Source of the DNA: Pyramidobacter piscolens
Lineage (GTDB): Bacteria > Synergistota > Synergistia > Synergistales > Dethiosulfovibrionaceae
NCBI GenBank assembly: GCA_004558205.1
Contig: SFDM01000029.1
Span: 18,784 to 82,783, forward strand
DNA length: 64,000 bases
Direction: 5' to 3'
Shown: positions 61,510 to 64,000 of the stretch, one piece after another
Position numbering within the stretch: position 1 is the stretch's first letter
How the letters are laid out: the number at the start of each line of letters is the position of its first letter
Translations under genes and position numbers: made by a program
The notes under the pieces: generated by a model
Databases searched by the model: none
The model's input: only the letters and a program-made list of their open reading frames with translations
Told to the model about the DNA's origin: nothing

Positions 61510-62976
61510 CTAAATGAGCCCGAAGTCCTGGAGCTGGGCAAACAGCACCACTGCGAGGATGACTGGGACCACGAACTTGAAGCACAGGTCGATCAGCCCC
61601 TCGAAGCGCAGGGTTTTGCCCGGCGTGAGCGCCACTTCGTCAGCCACCAGTTTCGTACCAAGGCTCCAGCCGATCAGCGCGCTCATGATCAGAGCCCCCA
61701 AAGGCATCATGACGCCCTCTGAGAGCACGTCGTAAAAGTCAAGCCAGCAGTCAAAGGCCACGGGGATCTTTTTGAGGCCCATCATGACGCCGGGGCTGTC
61801 CATCATGGCGCCGCCGGCCACGTTGCTGCCCAAGCCGTCGAGAGCCACGGGGATGCCCACGAAGAAGATGATAAGGGCCATGGTCACGGAGATCAAGACG
61901 CGGCTCGGCTTTTTGCCTCTGCCCAGCTGGCGGTCGAGCATGTAAGTCGTGCAGACCTCAAGCAGCGACACTGACGAGGAAATGGCCGCCAGAAACACCA
62001 GGAAGTAGAACAGGAAGCCGACGAAAGCGCCGCCCGCGCCACCCATGCCCGAGACGAACACCTCGTGCAGAGACACGAACAGCAGAGAGGGGCCGCCAGC
62101 GGGAGCCAGTCCGAAGGCGAAGCAGGCGGGCATGACCACCATACCGGCCAAAACGGCCACGATAGTGTCCGCCAGAGGGATCAGGTACATATCCCTGGAA
62201 AGGTCCTGGTCTTTCGTCAAGTAGGAACCGTAGGTGATCATGCATCCCATGCCCAGCGACAGCGAGAAGAACATCTGGCCCGCCGCCGTCTTGAGCACCT
62301 TGAAGAAGCCGATCTCGGGATCCGAAAACACGGAGAAGTTGGGGCTGAACATGAACTCGAAGCCGCCTTTGGCGCCGGGCAGGGTGTAGACGTAGGCCGC
62401 CAACCCGACCAGAATGGCCGCGAGGGCGGGAATGGCGATCTTGTTGAATCGCTCGATGCCATGCTCGATGCCGCCCATGACGATAAGCAGCGTCAGCCCC
62501 TGGAAGAGCGCGAAGTAAAACAGCATGCCCGGCCCGTCGCAGATGAAGCCGCCGAAATAGGCGCCGCTCTTGACGCCGGCGAAGTTCGCCCCGCCGTTGA
62601 ACATGGCGTGAACAAAGGCGAACATGTACTTCAGCACCATGCCGCCCAGCACGCTGTAGAAGGCGAGAATGAAGAATCCCGAGGCCACGCCCATGTAGCC
62701 CACCCAGGTGTATTTCTTCGCCAGGGTCCTGTAGGTGCCCACGGCGCCCTGGCCGGTTCTGCGGCCAAGCGCCAGCTCGCCCAGCATGACTACGACGCCC
62801 ACCAGCAGCACCAGCGCCAGATAGACGATCAGAAAGGCAAAACCGCCGTTCTTCCCCATCTTATAGGGGAATCCCCAGATGTTGCCCAGCCCGACCGCGG
62901 AACCGATCGCCGCCATCAGAAAACCGAAGTTCGACGCCCATTGGCCTCTATGCACCACTTTTTTCTCTTCTGTCAT
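61510..62976 (-). CDS. Sodium-dependent transporter (NSS/SNF family), copy 2
   Basis: Same motifs as copy 1 and a very similar sequence. Confidence 0.93.
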   Translation of the reverse strand: MTEEKKVVHRGQWASNFGFLMAAIGSAVGLGNIWGFPYKMGKNGGFAFLIVYLALVLLVGVVVMLGELALGRRTGQGAVGTYRTLAKKYTWVGYMGVASGFFILAFYSVLGGMVLKYMFAFVHAMFNGGANFAGVKSGAYFGGFICDGPGMLFYFALFQGLTLLIVMGGIEHGIERFNKIAIPALAAILVGLAAYVYTLPGAKGGFEFMFSPNFSVFSDPEIGFFKVLKTAAGQMFFSLSLGMGCMITYGSYLTKDQDLSRDMYLIPLADTIVAVLAGMVVMPACFAFGLAPAGGPSLLFVSLHEVFVSGMGGAGGAFVGFLFYFLVFLAAISSSVSLLEVCTTYMLDRQLGRGKKPSRVLISVTMALIIFFVGIPVALDGLGSNVAGGAMMDSPGVMMGLKKIPVAFDCWLDFYDVLSEGVMMPLGALIMSALIGWSLGTKLVADEVALTPGKTLRFEGLIDLCFKFVVPVILAVVLFAQLQDFGLI

Positions 62977-63166
62977 ATACCTCGCCTCATTTCTTCACTC
63001 GCTGAAAACGCCCAAGGCATTCTGCCACAAAGTTCGTTGCATTTTCAAATCCGATTCGTTCTGGTACAACAAGCGCGCAACCCCAATGGCTCTTTGCCGG
63101 CAGGAACTCTGGGGATTGCGCGCTCTAAAAAGACCGATTAAAGGCCTCAGAAGACCCTTTCTTTAT

Positions 63167-64000
63167 TTAAACGAGGCCGAAATCCTGAAGCTGAGCCCAG
63201 AGGACCAGGAAGAGGATGACGGGAACGACGAACTTGAAGCAGAAGCTGATCAGGCACTGGCCGTTCAGCTTCGCGCCGGGAGTGACTTCCACTTCCTCGG
63301 CGAGGAGCTTGATGCCCCACTTCCAGCCGATCAGGAGGCTCATGATCAGAGCGCCCAAGGGCATCATGACGCCCTCGGAGAGCATGTCGTAGAAGTCGAG
63401 CCAGCAGTCTACCGCCACGGGGATCGTCTTCATGCCCATCATGACGCCGGGGCTGTTCATCACGGCGCCGCCGGCCACGTTGCTGCCCAGGCCGTCAAGG
63501 GCCACGGGGATGCCCACCAGGAAGATCAGCCCCGCCATCAGCAGGGTCATGGCCGTACGGTTGGGCTTTTTGCCGCGCTCGGCCTGGCGGTCGAGCATGA
63601 AAGTGGTGCTGACTTCAAGCAGCGACACCGACGAGGTGATGGCCGCAAGGAAGACCAGGAAATAAAAAGCCACGCCCACAAAGGCGCCCACGGTGCCGCC
63701 CATACCCGTGACGAAAACTTCATGCAAAGAGACGAAGAGCAGTGAGGGACCCGCTTTCGGAGGAAGGCCAAAGGCGAAGCAGGCGGGCATAACCACCATG
63801 CCTGCCATGATCGCCACGATGGTGTCTGCCAGAGGGATCAGATACATCTCCCGAGAGAGGTCCTGTTCCTTGGACAGATAGGAGCCATAGGTGATCATGA
63901 TGCCCATGCCCAGCGACAGCGAGAAGAACATCTGCCCCGCCGCCGACTTCAGGACGCTGAAAAAGCCTACCGAGGGATCGGAGAACACTGCAAAGTTTGG
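63167..64000 (-). CDS. Sodium-dependent transporter (NSS/SNF family), copy 3 (5' end outside window)
   Basis: GQMFFSLSLGMG, AGPSLLF and CWLDFYD; paralogous to copies 1 and 2. Confidence 0.92.
   Translation of the reverse strand, partial: PNFAVFSDPSVGFFSVLKSAAGQMFFSLSLGMGIMITYGSYLSKEQDLSREMYLIPLADTIVAIMAGMVVMPACFAFGLPPKAGPSLLFVSLHEVFVTGMGGTVGAFVGVAFYFLVFLAAITSSVSLLEVSTTFMLDRQAERGKKPNRTAMTLLMAGLIFLVGIPVALDGLGSNVAGGAVMNSPGVMMGMKTIPVAVDCWLDFYDMLSEGVMMPLGALIMSLLIGWKWGIKLLAEEVEVTPGAKLNGQCLISFCFKFVVPVILFLVLWAQLQDFGLV

Overview
A GC-rich chromosomal window from an amino-acid-fermenting anaerobe; gene content suggests Synergistota (inference only). Housekeeping blocks: secA-argS-ftsB; pgsA and nrdR; prmA-mtaB-HIT-rpsU-yqeY; hrcA-grpE-dnaK-dnaJ with a perfect CIRCE; rpmE-thyX-DUF1385-prfA-prmC; trxB. 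There are two selenocysteine-dependent glycine/sarcosine/betaine-reductase loci. The one at 54.6-59.1 kb is trx / glycine riboswitch / grdX-grdE-grdA(Sec)-grdB(Sec), next to three tandem NSS transporters, and looks like the true glycine reductase. The one at 11.8-16.0 kb is a divergent, CdaR-linked grdE/grdB(Sec)/grdX paralogue set with a YkvI transporter. It lies in a ~15-kb catabolic region that also holds two isoaspartyl dipeptidases, an NhaC-family transporter, an N-carbamoylsarcosine amidase homologue with a DUF5058 transporter pair, and a large uncharacterised HTH regulator. Features the ORF track misses or splits: three UGA-readthrough selenoproteins, rpsU, a frameshifted PdxR-type regulator, a Fic pseudogene fused to a tnpB 3' remnant that keeps an IS200/IS605 right end (omega-RNA-like) just upstream of alaX, AAA-ATPase N-terminal remnants, a parS-like site, and two dispersed palindromic repeat families. 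No rRNA, tRNA or CRISPR array was seen.
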